Assembly (NCBI GenBank): GCA_030141605.1
Contig: JAQGDQ010000741.1
Location: 80,314-103,633 of the forward strand
DNA: 23,320 nt
Origin: Tubiluchus corallicola
Lineage: Eukaryota > Animalia > Priapulida
Direction of reading: 5' to 3'
In this document: piece after piece, positions 23,172-23,320 of the stretch
How the letters are laid out: each line of letters begins with the position of its first letter
Numbering within the stretch: the first letter of the stretch is position 1
The notes under the pieces: generated by a model
The model's input: the letters and a program-made list of their open reading frames with translations, nothing else
What the model was told of the DNA's origin: nothing
The model's database searches: none
Made by a program: the position numbers and the translations under genes

Positions 23172-23320
23172 GTAAGTAGAAATACATAGTAATATGTAAT
23201 ACTTTGTAGGATACCGGAGCATTAGTATTTGCTGGTGCAAGACTCATAGTTCGCGTCACATTGGAACTTTTTAATTTGAAAAAAATAATTAGAATAATAA
23301 TCTTCAATTAATAGCAAACA

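Overview
AT-rich, intron- and repeat-rich animal (invertebrate-type) genomic DNA; nothing prokaryotic. Two secreted-protein genes that the ORF track largely misses lie head-to-head, with start codons about 2.5 kb apart. (1) Minus strand: a mucin-like gene. A 24-codon signal-peptide exon (4102-4173) splices in phase 0 to a huge Ser/Thr-rich exon (3221 to beyond position 1) with a furin-type RTRR site and 222-bp/74-aa repeats; a 2-bp deletion at ~1382 frameshifts it in this sequence. (2) Plus strand: six exons (6694-6784, 10868-11011, 13227-13319, 17724-17847, 18320-18433, 22969-23171), all GT-AG and phase-compatible. They encode a signal peptide joined directly to a complete Caspr/neurexin-IV-type fibrinogen-like domain, without the discoidin/LamG/EGF domains that precede it in Caspr. 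The non-coding DNA holds several truncated LINEs, a solo-LTR-like element with a heat-shock-element cluster and nested insertions in its TATA box, a hAT-like non-autonomous element whose left terminus is amplified about 25 times into a minisatellite, a probable Helitron, other minisatellites and very long compound microsatellites. All calls are by eye; no database search was run.
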